Assembly: GCF_000143415.4 (NCBI RefSeq)
Contig: NW_003314267.1
Location: 1,985,497 to 2,049,496, forward strand
Direction: 5' to 3'
Source of the DNA: Selaginella moellendorffii
Taxonomy: Eukaryota > Plantae > Lycopodiophyta
Length of the DNA stretch: 64,000 nt
The position numbers were made by a program, and so were the translations under genes. The notes beneath the pieces are model-generated. The model worked only from the letters and a program-made list of their open reading frames with translations. It was not told the DNA's origin and did not search any database. Below, in pieces: positions 13,504 to 24,829 of this stretch (position 1 is its first letter; every line of letters starts with the position of its first letter).

Positions 13504-15074
13504 TTGGGATATTGGAGGGTGGTGGAGCAGCGATTATTTTGTGCGGAATTCAAGGAAGAGTGGCTGACGTCCAATCCACCTACAGGGCGGGCAAAGAAGG
13601 ATCTTGAGGAGGAGCTGGAAATTGCTGGCAATCTCAAGGTTGCTGTTCAGACTGGGGAGAGCACTTACCGCTTTCGAACCAACACAGTCGGGCAGCCTGA
13701 CCTGTTTGTCAAGGGCGCAATAGATCGGCCTCTCATCGTTGGAATTGTCGACTTCCATCATGCTGTAGAAGAAGCTGTAAGGTCTGGCTTGGGTTTCCTT
13801 GTTCGTGAACTCATCCATGTTACAGGAGGCTTTTTACGTACATGATGATCACCGGTGCTTGTTTTGGTGTGGTCGTGGATGCTGGATCCATCCAGTATGC
13901 CAAGATGAGTCAAAGAGACACGCTCCAACTTTACCTGTTCGCTCCGGTCGGCACTCGGTTTTCTGCTTCAGCTGGCAAGAGACGAACCTGAACCTCCACA
14001 GCAGTCGATTGGTGATTACGCGCTAAGCTTATCCAAGCTCACGCCCAGGGATTCTCGAGTGGTGGAAAGCTTCAAGTCCAGCACAGGTCATGTCATTCAA
14101 TCGTTCAAGACATGGTGAATCTCAGCTTTGAAGACTTGGAGGATGTCTCTTGCAAGTGGCAGAGAGACGCTAAGTCATCTGTCGTCTCCGCCAAGTACAA
14201 GCAGCAGCCGGTGGTTCTCAAGGTGCGGGACTTGACTACTCCCTGGCTTCTGGGCGTGGAGACGTACCTCCTTAAGAGGTGGACGCGTACAAGACGCTCC
14301 ACACACTGCAGGCACGCTCCACGCCTAGTCTCGTGGGACTTCTTGTGTGGGACAATGTTCGCCTGAGACCCCTGGCGTGAATCCTGGCAAGAGCCTCATA
14401 GGCAGGAGCAAGTGCTGCTTGTATGTCTCGCACGCTAAACATCAAGTAGCTACTCAGAGGCCAACCTTCGTCGCTGGACGGGGACTTGACGCCTCTCAAG
14501 ATCCTCCTCAGAAGAGGAAGCAGCAGCAGCCAGTTTCTTGGGTTAAGATCATTGGCTTCTCCTCTGCTTCCTACGTCCATGTTGCTGAAGGGGGGAGATG
14601 GCTAAGCTTCATCAATGTTTCGAGGAGGTCTTCGAGTTCGTTCAGGCGGGAGGAGGGCATGGCAGTGGATCGCTTCCGCCTTTCTTTGCAGAAAAGCTCG
14701 TCGATTGTCCACAATTTCCCAAGATTCGAGATCTTCTCAACGCGTACGTGAATGTTCCAATCGTAGGTACATGTGTGCTTGGTTTTCAGGTTGGGTGTCA
14801 ACCTGCAAGGAGATGACGACGAGTCGTTATCCAAGACGGAGCATCTGAAGCGTCTGATTTGTAAGCTCACGTCTCTCCTGCCGTGTTCATGCTTTTTGAT
14901 CCGTGTTTTCAGGTTGTCTCACGACTTCAAAGAGTACACATGCTGCTCGATGCGTTGACGGCTCTGGTCGACAACCCGAAACTCCTTGAAGAGGAGCTTC
15001 GCTTCGATGGGCTCATGAGGTTCCTCGCAGATGAAGAAAAGAAACATATGAAAGGCGGCAGCGTACTTGCATAA
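13504..15074 (+). pseudogene. Disrupted Crinkler-type restriction-endonuclease-fold + protein kinase gene
   Basis: REase-like VGQPDLFV..LIVGIV and QEAFxYMMITGACFGVV (frameshifted). Kinase-like VVLKV, APRLVSW, inverted AYEALARIHARG, then (H>D)GDLTPL(N>K)ILL and VKII(D>G)F. Stops and frameshifts present. Confidence 0.6.
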
Positions 15075-15165
15075 TGCATGATCCAGTCTAGCAAAAGCGC
15101 GTATCAATCAAGTTCCTCACTGTTCTAACAGATGTTTTTTTATTCTTCACCTTTTGTTGTTTGCA

Positions 15166-15514
15166 ATGGCCACCGCTGCTGCTGGCGCTGCTGCTACCAC
15201 GCCCACCTGCGGCTGCACTGCGGGGTGTGCTTGTGGGAATCCATGCCCATAGATCTTGATTGATCGACAAATCCTTGGATCACGGATGTGCAGCAATGGG
15301 TGCTGCTGGACGAAGGTTGTTTTCCTATCGATTAAATGCTGGTTTGGCAACTCCTTTGATCCTGTGCTAGTGGCCACGACGGAGTTTTCTGCGAATGCGG
15401 TGAGAACTGCAAGTGTGAGACATGCACCTGTGGCCTCAGGCGAGCCCTTCTGCAAGTGCGGCCGGACGTGCAGTTGCGAGACTTTGCTCTTGCCCCAAGC
15501 CAGTGCAAGGTTGA
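15166..15514 (+). pseudogene. Metallothionein type 4 (Ec)-like pseudogene
   Basis: Three Cys clusters: CGCTAGCACGNPCP(stop), HDGVFCECGENCKCETCTC, FCKCGRTCSCET/CSCPKP. Premature TAG and two frameshifts. Confidence 0.7.
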
Positions 15515-15942
15515 TGGACTCAAGAGAGATTTTTTTGCAATTTTTTGCCGAACAATATTTTGCAAGTTTTGCTTTGAGAAATAAATCCTTGACCATAGTT
15601 TTATAATTTCAATGCTTTAGATCCTCGATCTTTTGATGAAGAACTGGAACAACGCTCGCTTGTTGTCATCCAGCTTTCTATACTTCTAAAATCTCTTCCA
15701 ACGAGGAGATCTTCCATTACCATCATCACGTCCGAAAATCAAAACTCTCCAAAACTGAAAAAGAGAGACATTTTCTCTTCTCTATGGCCTGTGACTATTG
15801 GCAAAGAAACGGCAAAGAAGCTGGTCCGGAGTGCTCACCAAGAGGAAGCCATGTTTTCTTGTGAGGCTAAGCGTTTTTTAAAAATCACTCCATAGTAACA
15901 TTGTGTGTCCTTTTATCCTTAACGTTTGGAACCAAGTTTTTT

Positions 15943-16515
15943 TCATTCCAGCAATCCATAAACCAACACTTTTGATTCCTCCTCCCAAGGTATTTCCACT
16001 TCTATTGTTCGTTGCCTATGTGGTCGGCCACTGGGCAGTCTATCTGGACGTTGTTTCGGGCCTGGATATGGAATTGACTCCTCCCATCCCTCCATTCCTG
16101 GAACTATCCACAACTCATTTTCCTGTCGACTATCCAAGTATTGGAAGATTTCAGGCTCCATGCCTGGAAATAGCAATTTGTTGACATCTTCCCAAATGTA
16201 AGGATGCTCCTTTGGGTGTTGATCAACTCTGTAGATACTAAATCTCACCTCCTCCACCTTGTCAAACACGCCTGCCAGCCACAAAATCCTCAAAGAGCAC
16301 AACATTTGCAAGGTGTCTTCATCCATGCCAGTCTCCCAGCGCTGGATTTCAAAGTTGTAGCCCTTCCAGTTGGTCTCCATGGTGATGGCAAGAGCGCGTT
16401 CGTTTTTGTGGTAGTGTATCCGTCCCCACAGTGCTACAAACTTTTCAACTATCAAATCTTGAGCTTCAGCCGGGAGGCTTGAGAGATGCTCAATAAACAT
16501 TTTTTCGCTCTCCAT
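15943..16515 (-). CDS. Intronless 190-aa ORF of unknown function, weak F-box-like start
   Basis: Clean ATG-to-stop ORF with globular composition; LSSLPAEAQDLIVEK near the N-terminus; TATTTAAA about 30 nt upstream. Confidence 0.4.
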   Translation of the reverse strand: MESEKMFIEHLSSLPAEAQDLIVEKFVALWGRIHYHKNERALAITMETNWKGYNFEIQRWETGMDEDTLQMLCSLRILWLAGVFDKVEEVRFSIYRVDQHPKEHPYIWEDVNKLLFPGMEPEIFQYLDSRQENELWIVPGMEGWEESIPYPGPKQRPDRLPSGRPHRQRTIEVEIPWEEESKVLVYGLLE

Positions 16516-16779
16516 TGAAATTAATAAAACCTAAACCTTTTGAGCATTTAAATAGCGTAAAGGCTTAGCAAAAGGTGACATAACTAATATCCCTTTTTAC
16601 ATTGTTAAGTAAGTAAGCTAATGTTTGATTTTTGTAGTAATAATATACATGCGATGGAAGAAGACATCGATCCCAATTTCAAAATTTGTTGCTCGGAGCC
16701 ATAAGGCTTCAGGAACTTCCCTCCACTGTGCAGCCTCAGCATCATTAGGTGACACGTACAAGTTTATGCCAAAGAAGTC

Positions 16780-16873
16780 ATTTCAGAGCCAAGTTAAAAG
16801 ATGTTCCAAAAACTGCATTTCAAACAAGGATGGGTTACTACAAGTTTTTAGTGAGGCCATTTAATTTGACAAA
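16780..16873 (+). mobile_element. Short Ty3/gypsy reverse-transcriptase fragment
   Basis: DVPKTAFQTRMGYYKFLVRPFNLT resembles the RT motif [22 protein letters not shown]. Confidence 0.7.
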
Positions 16874-17127
16874 ACCTCTTGAGCTTGGGTTCCAGAAGGA
16901 ACCAGACGTGGCATGGAACGATCTGGTTGAGGATCATGATGGAGCCCATGAGAGATCCGGATGTGATACCATCGCCATCTTGCTCGGCTGCTGCTGCAAG
17001 AATGAGAGTAACGCGTCGCTCTTATTTTGGTGTTGGCGTGAAGATGAAGCCACAACGAAGCTAGCTCCCGCGTATTTTCTTGTAGAGAAAATCTCGTGAC
17101 TGCGACGCTCACGACGCTCAAAGAACT

Positions 17128-17900
17128 GTGTCATCCAAGGGGTGGGAGACGGAGCTCTCGATCCCCGAGTACGTCCGCAACAACACCCAAACAGGATCCA
17201 CTAGCAAGCCGAATCGCAACCTCACCAGGGGCGAGCCATTAGAGGACAAGTGCAAAGGCGTCACATTCTCCTGGGTCTTCAACGTCATGGAGCCCTCCAC
17301 CAGTGGACGCTTCAGCTATTTCGATCGAAGCGGAGGAACACACCGAGAGTACGTTGTCCAACCAAGTTCACAGGAGGCACAAGTATATACTCTTGCCGGA
17401 GTACATGAGGGAAGTCATCAAGCTCGGCGAGAGTTTGAAGCGACAGAACCAAGACCGGCAGCTCTACACCAACATAACTCGGACGACTGGGGTTACATGG
17501 ACGCCACGAGCCTGGCGCTGGATCCCGAGCTCAAAAACAAGATCATCTAGGACCTGGAGTCGTTCATGGCTAGCAAGAAGTTCTTTAGCAGGGTAGGGAG
17601 AGCTTGGAAGCGTATCTCTTGTATGGGCCTCCGGGGACGGGGAAGTCGTCACTCATCGCGGCCATAGCGAACTACACGCAGTACGATGACTACGATATGG
17701 AGCTGACTGAGGTAAAGAGAAATGCCCGACTTGAGGAAGCTGCTCATGGGGATTTCCAACAAGGCGATCATCGTGATCGAGGACATCGACTGCTCTCTGG
17801 AGCTCAAGAAGAGGGGGAAGCCAGCGCCATAGGAAGAAACCAAGAAGAGAGATAGAGAGCCCGAGAAAAAAGTTAAGAAAAGAGCAGCAGGTCATCCCCG
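17128..17900 (+). pseudogene. Plant BCS1-type AAA-ATPase pseudogene (truncated)
   Basis: LALDPELKNKII*DLESF..FFSRVGRAWKR, YLLYGPPGTGKSSLIAAIANY, KAIIVIEDIDCSLEL. Stops, frameshifts and loss of the C-terminus. Confidence 0.88.
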
Positions 17901-18140
17901 ACAGAAAGTGATTGAGGCACTGCAGGATCGAAAGGAGCAGGCTGCAAAGAAAGAGGGAGAAAGAGGAAAGAAGTATAACACAATTGCTGTCCTTTTCTTA
18001 CTATGCATCACTACAAAGATAAAAAAAACGCACTTAGATCCGAAAAGAGCGATAGTCTGCTGCGACACAAAAGCCGCAAGGTCGCTTGTTGGCATTTTTG
18101 AGAGCTCAAAAATCAATGCAAGTGTGGTCAGATAAGTCTT

Positions 18141-18195
18141 AAGAGCCCTAACATTTCAAAAGGTTAAAAGTGAAAAAGGTTTTAGGGTTTAAAGA
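18141..18195 (+). promoter_or_regulatory. Telo-box-containing promoter segment, copy 2 (directly upstream of the serine racemase ATG)
   Basis: AAGAGCCCTAACATTTCAAAAGGTTAAAA...TTTAGGGTTTAAAGA. Confidence 0.75.
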
Positions 18196-18202
18196 CACCA
18201 CC

Positions 18203-19483
18203 ATGGCTGTGGAGGATTACGCTGCTAGTCTCGACTCGATCCAGGCAGCTAGGAATCGCATCCAGGGCCAAATCCGCGTGACTCAGGTGATTACGTCGTC
18301 GTCGCTCGATGCGCTCGCCGGGAGGAGCTTGTTCTTCAAATGCGAGCTATTCCAACGCGGGTAAAATCCTTTCTTTCGCTTTTCCAGTGTAGAGTTCTCC
18401 TCTTGGTTCTTCCTCCAGTGGCGCATTTAAGATCAGAGGCGCCTCCAATGCGATCTTCTCTCTCTCGGACGATCAAGCCGAGAGAGGAGTCGTGACGCAC
18501 AGCAGGTAAGAAGATCGAGCTTCCATTCCTTGTCGATGTTCTTTTAGTTTTTGTTCTTGAGTGTTTCTAGATCGTTGCAGTGGCAACCACGCGGCGGCGC
18601 TTGCTCTTGCGGCCAAGCTACGAGGAATTCCAGCGCACATCGTCGTGCCTCGAAATGCTCCAAAGTGTAAAGTCGAGAATGTGGAGCGCTATGGAGGGAA
18701 GATCTCGTGGTGCGATCCAAGCGTTGAGTCGAGAGAGGCCGTGTGTGCCTCCGTGAAGAGCAAAACCAATGCGGTTCTCGTCCATCCTTTCAACGATCCA
18801 CAAGTTATCAGGTGTGAGTTTGACAATCTTCTTTCTCGCTGATGTTCTTGGAGTTTTCTTTTCCAGTGGTCAAGGCACTGTTGCTCTCGAGTTTCTTGAG
18901 CAAGTTCCGCAGCTCGATGTGATCATCGCTCCGATAAGTGGTAATGAACCTTGTTTTTTCTTCTTTGAGCCAGCTTAAATTTTCCATCTTTCGTTTGAAG
19001 GTGGTGGCTTGATATCTGGTATTTCCATCGCTGCAAAAGCGATCAAGCCCGAGATTAAAATTATCGCCGCCGAGCCAACCGGTGCTGATGATGCCGCGCG
19101 TTCCAAAGCAGCCAATTCAGTGCAGACGAACAAACAGACTTGCACCATAGCAGATGGACTGCGAGCATCGCTTGGATCTCTCACTTGGTATTTCAGTTAC
19201 GTGATATCTTTCCAGGTCTAAAAATGCTTCCTTTAGGCCCATCGTTCGTGATTTTGTGGATGAAGTCGTGACCGTCGACGACTCCGCAATCATCGAAGCA
19301 ATGAAGATGTGCTACGAGAGGCTCAAAGTTGTAGTGGAGCCGAGCGGGGCCATCGGTCTAGCGGTGGTTTTGTCTGATAAGTTCCGCTCGAATCCGGCTG
19401 TCAAGCATTGCACCAACGTTGGGATCGTTCTTTCCGGTGGGAACTGTGATCTCACAGGACTTTGGGAGTCCCTTCCCAACTAG
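18203..19483 (+). CDS. SR: Serine racemase (PLP fold II), 7 exons
   Basis: LFFKCELFQRGGAFKIRGASNA (PLP lysine), HSSGNHAAA, LVHPFND, GQGTVALEFLEQ, PISGGGLISG, TIADGLRA, VEPSGAIGLA, LSGGNCD. Confidence 0.95.
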
Positions 19484-19687
19484 ACCAAGTTCTCTATTCC
19501 AATGTAAGGCTTTTCAATGTTTTCTTTTCATTCCTGACGTGTTCCTCTTTCTCTTCCACTTTAAGTATGGCGTTGCGTTGAATCTTGGGCAACCAGGAAT
19601 AGGAAGAGTACAAGTCACGTATGACAACGATGAATTGGTAAGCACTCAGTGGTGTTTTCTGTCTGAAACTCTTTTACCCCACCTAAC

Positions 19688-21690
19688 TTAGCTTTCGTGC
19701 TGTGACTTCAGAATTTCCATCATGTCATCCACGACCTTGCGTATTTGCTCGCGCGAGTGCAGCGGAGCAGGATAAACAACATTGCAGTGGAGGCAGCCGT
19801 CCCGGATGGAATCAAACAGTGCAAGCGAGGGTCCAACTCCGTGCACGGAAGCACAGCCGACGTAGTCCTCCAGACCAAGCGTGTGTTTCGTCTCCTCCTC
19901 CGACTCGTCAGCTATGACATCCTGGAAGACAACCATGAGAGACGTCCTCAAGGTCCCGGAAGGCGTGAGGTTCGGGTGCTGCAAGGCCTGGAACATGAGA
20001 TAGTTGATATCTCCCATGTCGGTGAAGTGCTTGCGGTTCTTTATGGCGTTGGAAAAAGAGTCGGAGCATCGCCTAGACAGGTCCCAGAAGCCCGTGTCTT
20101 GGTTCACGTGATGCGTGTTCAAGATGGCCGAATGGTAGAATCCTGGATGGATGGAGCAAAGCAGGCTTTTAGAAAGGAAAACGAAGTCACGGGAACAGGA
20201 AGTTTTGGTTTGACAACGTACCAGCAGTGGATCGTGAGAGCGAGTCAATGTGGTTGCGGCAGTCGACGAGGCCGATGATCGCAAAGTGCTCGGATCTATT
20301 GCCGAGTTGCTTGTAGATTGTGGTGGCCCTGAGTCCAGCAGCGACGAGAGCTCCAAACAGGTTGGTTTTCTCGAGAACGCAGCGCTACAAGCACAGAAAA
20401 ACGATCTAGGAGTGAGAACAAGATGGAAAGAAGAAAGAGGCTGGGAAGAAATTATTGCCAGGAACAAACGAGAAGACCGTAGCTTGGAAGAAATGATAGA
20501 GCCAAAAAAAGCTTCGCAACTGAAGAGAAGAACACCCGAGCAAGCAACCAAAACTATGAAAAACGATTCAGGAGTGAAAACAAGATCGAAAAGGAAAGAA
20601 GCTCGGAAGTAACTATTTCCAGGAAGAAAACATCAACATCGTGGAGACGCGAATTATCTGAGACAAGTGAGAGTTTCGCAGAGGCAGCAAGAAGATCGTA
20701 GCTTCGAAGTCAAGGAAGGAATGATAGAACATGAAAGCATGGAACAAGAAGATAATCTCTTGGAAGTCAAGGATAAATCCGAGAAAACTACGCAACTCAA
20801 GAGAAGAACACCAGCAAGAAAAACTATGAACCAAGAAGGGAATTCAACTTCGCAACTCCAAGAGAACACCCAAGCAAAAAATACTATGGAACAAAGAAGA
20901 TCACAGCTGGGAAGAACTCGAAAAGGATGGAAGAAGATCATACCTTTGTGAGGCTTTTGGTGTGCTCCAAGCTGAGAGAAGCTCGGACGAGCTCCGTTCT
21001 CCTGGGCTCTTCAACGTTGTCAAAAGGAAGCAGTGCATGGCGCAGTGATCCCAGCGAGTAGCCCAGCAAATCCACGCCGTGAGCCCAAAAGGGCTTGTTC
21101 GCCTGGCCCCTGGGAATCGCGTCCTCGATCGAGACAAGCTCCTCCACTCCATCGCCATCTTTTCCTTCTTGCTCGTCATCACCCCTCAGGCGATGGAGGA
21201 ATTCGGACATGATCACCGCGGCCGCGGCTCTATCGCACGCCGCGGTGTGGACTCTGATGACAAAGAGAGATTTCTCGCCCAGGCGGTGGAGGCGAGCGAA
21301 GAACACCGGCACTGGCGCGTCGCGATCCGTCCAGGGATTGGAATTCATCTCGGATTCGATCGTCTGGAGCAGCCAATCTTCGGGATCGTCGTCGCCATGC
21401 GCTAGCTCCTGGATCGCTACAGTGGCATTGGCATTCACCTGGAAGGCGGGCTTGTCGGGCTCGATCCACACCAGCTGCGAGAGGAGGCGCGGATGCCTGG
21501 CCAGGACGGCGTCGAGCGCGCATTGGAAGACGCCCACATTCACGGATCGGCAGAACAAGAGGCCGAGGACTGTGATTCCCGTGCCGCTTTCCACCGCGCG
21601 GCACCAATTGTGCTCCGTGGCGCCCAGGATTCGATTGAAAGGACCTTCCTCCAGCCGAGGCGGTCGTGAGGAGCTCTCCTCGTCCGCCAT
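19688..21690 (-). CDS. CoA-dependent acyltransferase/condensation-fold protein (At3g52610-like), 3 exons
   Basis: RILGATEHNWCRAVESGTGITV, RVHTAACDR, KPFWAHGVDLLGYSL, GFYHSAILNTH, HFTDMGDINYLM, CASVHGVGPS, YPAPLHSREQ. Intron 1 spans 20385-20943. Confidence 0.88.
20399..20930. repeat. Imperfect internal duplications expanding intron 1 of the acyltransferase-fold gene
   Basis: AAACGAT..AGGAGTGA.AACAAGAT twice; CGCAACT..AGAGAA..CACC..AGCAA..ACTATG three times; AAGA.CGTAGCTT.GAAG twice. Confidence 0.65.
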
Positions 21691-22239
21691 AGCTAAAGTC
21701 GGGAAGATTAAACCTAATATTATAAAGTAGAACGTATGGTTTGCCTAAATGTTAGCTTCTTACCTTTAACATATAATAGTAAGGAAATTTGTACCAATTT
21801 AGGGCTTGTACCATCCAAACCCCAAAAACAATGGAAGGTGAGTAAGAAGACTAAAATATATTCCTTTTGATTTGGGTGCATAAAATTTTCACTACAAGAC
21901 AAAGGATTTTGATCTGATTTTTAGAGATCTGTTTGAGAAGGAGGTGGCAGGGAAGGTTAAAGCGGTGTTCAAAAAGTGTTTTTGGAATCCTTAGTGGTGT
22001 GAGTGCATAAGCTTAGATTTTAATAAGGATTGGAGAGATTTATGGTTGGTTGTGGAAACACTTGAAAGAGCTCTAGAAGATGCTATTGTGATCCTCACAC
22101 AAAGAAAATGTTTTTTTAAATATGTAAGTAATGTTAAATTTTTAGCTGAATATTATCGGCTATAATCTTACATTTATTTTTTAATCAAAGATAATGTTAA
22201 AAAATGCAATATCAAGATTGTTTTTTGGATATAATTAAG

Positions 22240-23650
22240 ACCACCCATACCATAGTCTCGTCTTCTAAAAATTAAGTTATCCATCCATGAGTGCTTATCC
22301 CATAACCACACTTTAGCATCTTTAAAATGCTTAAATATATAAAGAACACCCTTCCCTAATATCCCTTCTTTGATCTTTATTAAATTCTTTTCTGTCCATA
22401 GTTGTGCTCACAAACACTGCCATTGATTTAAGGCTTGAAGGCTTGACCACTATATTCCATTGACCTTTGGAACTTTTTTGACACATGATTATATCTTTAG
22501 TCACTACACAAGAGGATTGCTCTTTTTCTTTTTTATAGTCCAGGACTTTAGAACAATATTTCAAAACACTATGGCCCAACTTGAGTTTTGTGGATACTCT
22601 CCCCACCTTTTGCCTCTAGGTGCCTAACCATGTGGCTAGAGCGAGGTTCTGATAAGTTATACTAGATATCCAAGCAGGTAGTGTGACCCACACTTGGATT
22701 GGGAGCATTGACCATTCGATCTCCCGAGGGAGCTATACTTGACTCTTGAATATTTCACTAGATTATCTTATATATTCATCCATATTCACTTTAGCCTTAA
22801 ACTCCTCAGTAGTTATATCATCAACCATCATATGGATATACCCTTCCTTAGTCACATTAGCCTTTCTTGGCCAAATTGGTTCCATTGGAGTCATCCCTCT
22901 ACTATCCTAGGGTTCAAATATAGAGGGAAAGAGCCCATGAATAAGAGTGAATAAGGGAGTATTCTTATTCCCTTATAAGAATAAGGGAAAGACCCCCTTT
23001 TTCAATTGGCTAAGGGTTTTGAGATATTTGAGGTTAAGTGTCCTTGGGTTTGAATAGTATTGGGTTAGGTGACCTCCTAAGAAGTCTAAACTCATGAGCT
23101 TATAGTTTGGGAAATGATTGCTTTGGGCTTTCACCTCTGGACTTGGATTCGGACTCAAATTTGGACTTAACTTTAATCTCAATCTTGGTCTTGGTCTTGG
23201 ATTCCTTCTCAGACTCTATCTTAGATTTTTGCTCTGACTCTATCTCTGACTCTTTATCAGATTCCATCTTGGACTCCTTCTCAGACTTTGTCTTGGACTC
23301 CATATCGGATTCCTACTCGGACTCCATCTCAAACTCCATCTCAGATTCCTACTTGAACTTTATCTCAAACTCCCCTTCTCAAACTCTATATTGGACTCAG
23401 CCCTAACACTTCCATATATCACGACACTTGCCATGTGTTAGTCCTTCTTGTGCCCTTTTCTAAAGACTTATTCACCAATTGCTTTGCACTCATTCCACAA
23501 ACACTTTATTCGGAATTCCATTCCTACCCTCAACTTTTTAAGTTATAACTTTTGGTTTAAACATGTTATGCTTGTTGGACTTTTGCTTCAATGACTACCA
23601 TATAGCATACCTTCAACTCCACTTTTGGGCTTAGGGATTTGTGTCTCACA
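22240..23650 (-). mobile_element. Old, truncated and degenerate LTR of family A
   Basis: Colinear with LTR 23836-25257, including the GACTC minisatellite and terminal GGGATTTGTGTCTCACA; heavy C>T erosion. Confidence 0.8.
23033..23086 (+). other. 5S rRNA-like internal promoter segment (A box to C box), Cassandra-type
   Basis: GTTAAGTGTCCTTGGGTTTGAATAGTATTGGGTTAGGTGACCTCCTAAGAAGTC aligns ungapped, 42/54, to the plant 5S rRNA sequence as recalled (GTTAAGCGTGCTTGGGCGAGAGTAGTACTAGGATGGGTGACCTCCTGGGAAGTC). Confidence 0.75.
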
Positions 23651-24829
23651 ATTGATTGCAAGCAATTAAAGGGAATAACTCAAGAGACGATCTATAAGAG
23701 TTCAAATATAAAAGAAAAAGGCCCATTGTAAGTGACTAAATTTTTTATTTTACTTTAGTCACTTTTGACCACTTAAAGGAGTTTCACTTATAACCTTTAT
23801 AATTTTTATTCTAGACTTGGAAATTTACTAGCCTCTGTAAGTGACAAATTTTTCTATTCTACTTTATTCGCTTAACCGCACCTCTAACCACTTGGAGGAG
23901 TCTCATTCACAACCTCTATAAGTCCCATTCAGGACTTAGGGCTTGCTAGCCCCAAAAATGGCATCCATGCCACTCAACCTTTACACTTGGTCCAAGTGCT
24001 CCACGTGTCCGATCCCATGATCGACACCCCAAGGTACCACTGACATATGAGCCCGTTACGCTAGGCCACGCTCATTCACCTTGGTCACATTGGTGGTCTA
24101 ACACCACCTGCATTACAATCCTGTCTCTCCAAGATTGGGCCATCCGTCCATGAGTGATCATCCCAGATCCACTCCTTAACATCCTTAGGATGCCCACAGA
24201 CATGGGGAATAGCCTTCCCCAATATCCCTTTTCCGGTCCCCACCAAATCCCTTTTTGCTCATGGCCGCATTCGCCAACACCGCCACTGGATCGAGGCCCA
24301 CAGGCCTGACCACTAAGTCCCACGGTCCTCTAGGACTTCTTTGCCACATGACTGTATCCTTGGTCTCTACTCCAAAGGATTACTCCTCTTCCTTTCCACA
24401 GTCTGGGACTTTGGGACAACATTTCGGAACACCGTGGCCCTATGCGGGCCTCATGGGTACTCTCCCCGCCTTCCGCCTTTAGGTGCTCTAGCTATGGGCT
24501 TAAAGCGAGGTTCCATTGAGCCACGTTAGGTATCCAAGTAGGTAGTGCCACCCACACTTGGACTGGGAGCATTGGCCAGTTGATCTCCCTGGGGAACTAG
24601 AGCCGGCTCTTGAACACTTCACCAAGCTACCCTGCTTGTCGGTCCGTGTTCACTCTAGTTTTAGACTTCCCAGTGGGCAGCTCATCATCTAACACTGGGT
24701 ACAGCCTTCCTGGGCCAAACTGGCCTTTCTTGGCCAAACTGGCTCCACTGCAATCCTCCCCCTACTATACTTTTGGAGCTCACCAAACCCCCCAGGGTCT
24801 GGGAGATGAACGCTTTGGGCTTTCACCCA

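Noticed and set aside
23033-23086. Functional 5S rRNA gene
   Set aside because: Only the central 54 nt match; the 5' and 3' ends and the terminator are absent.
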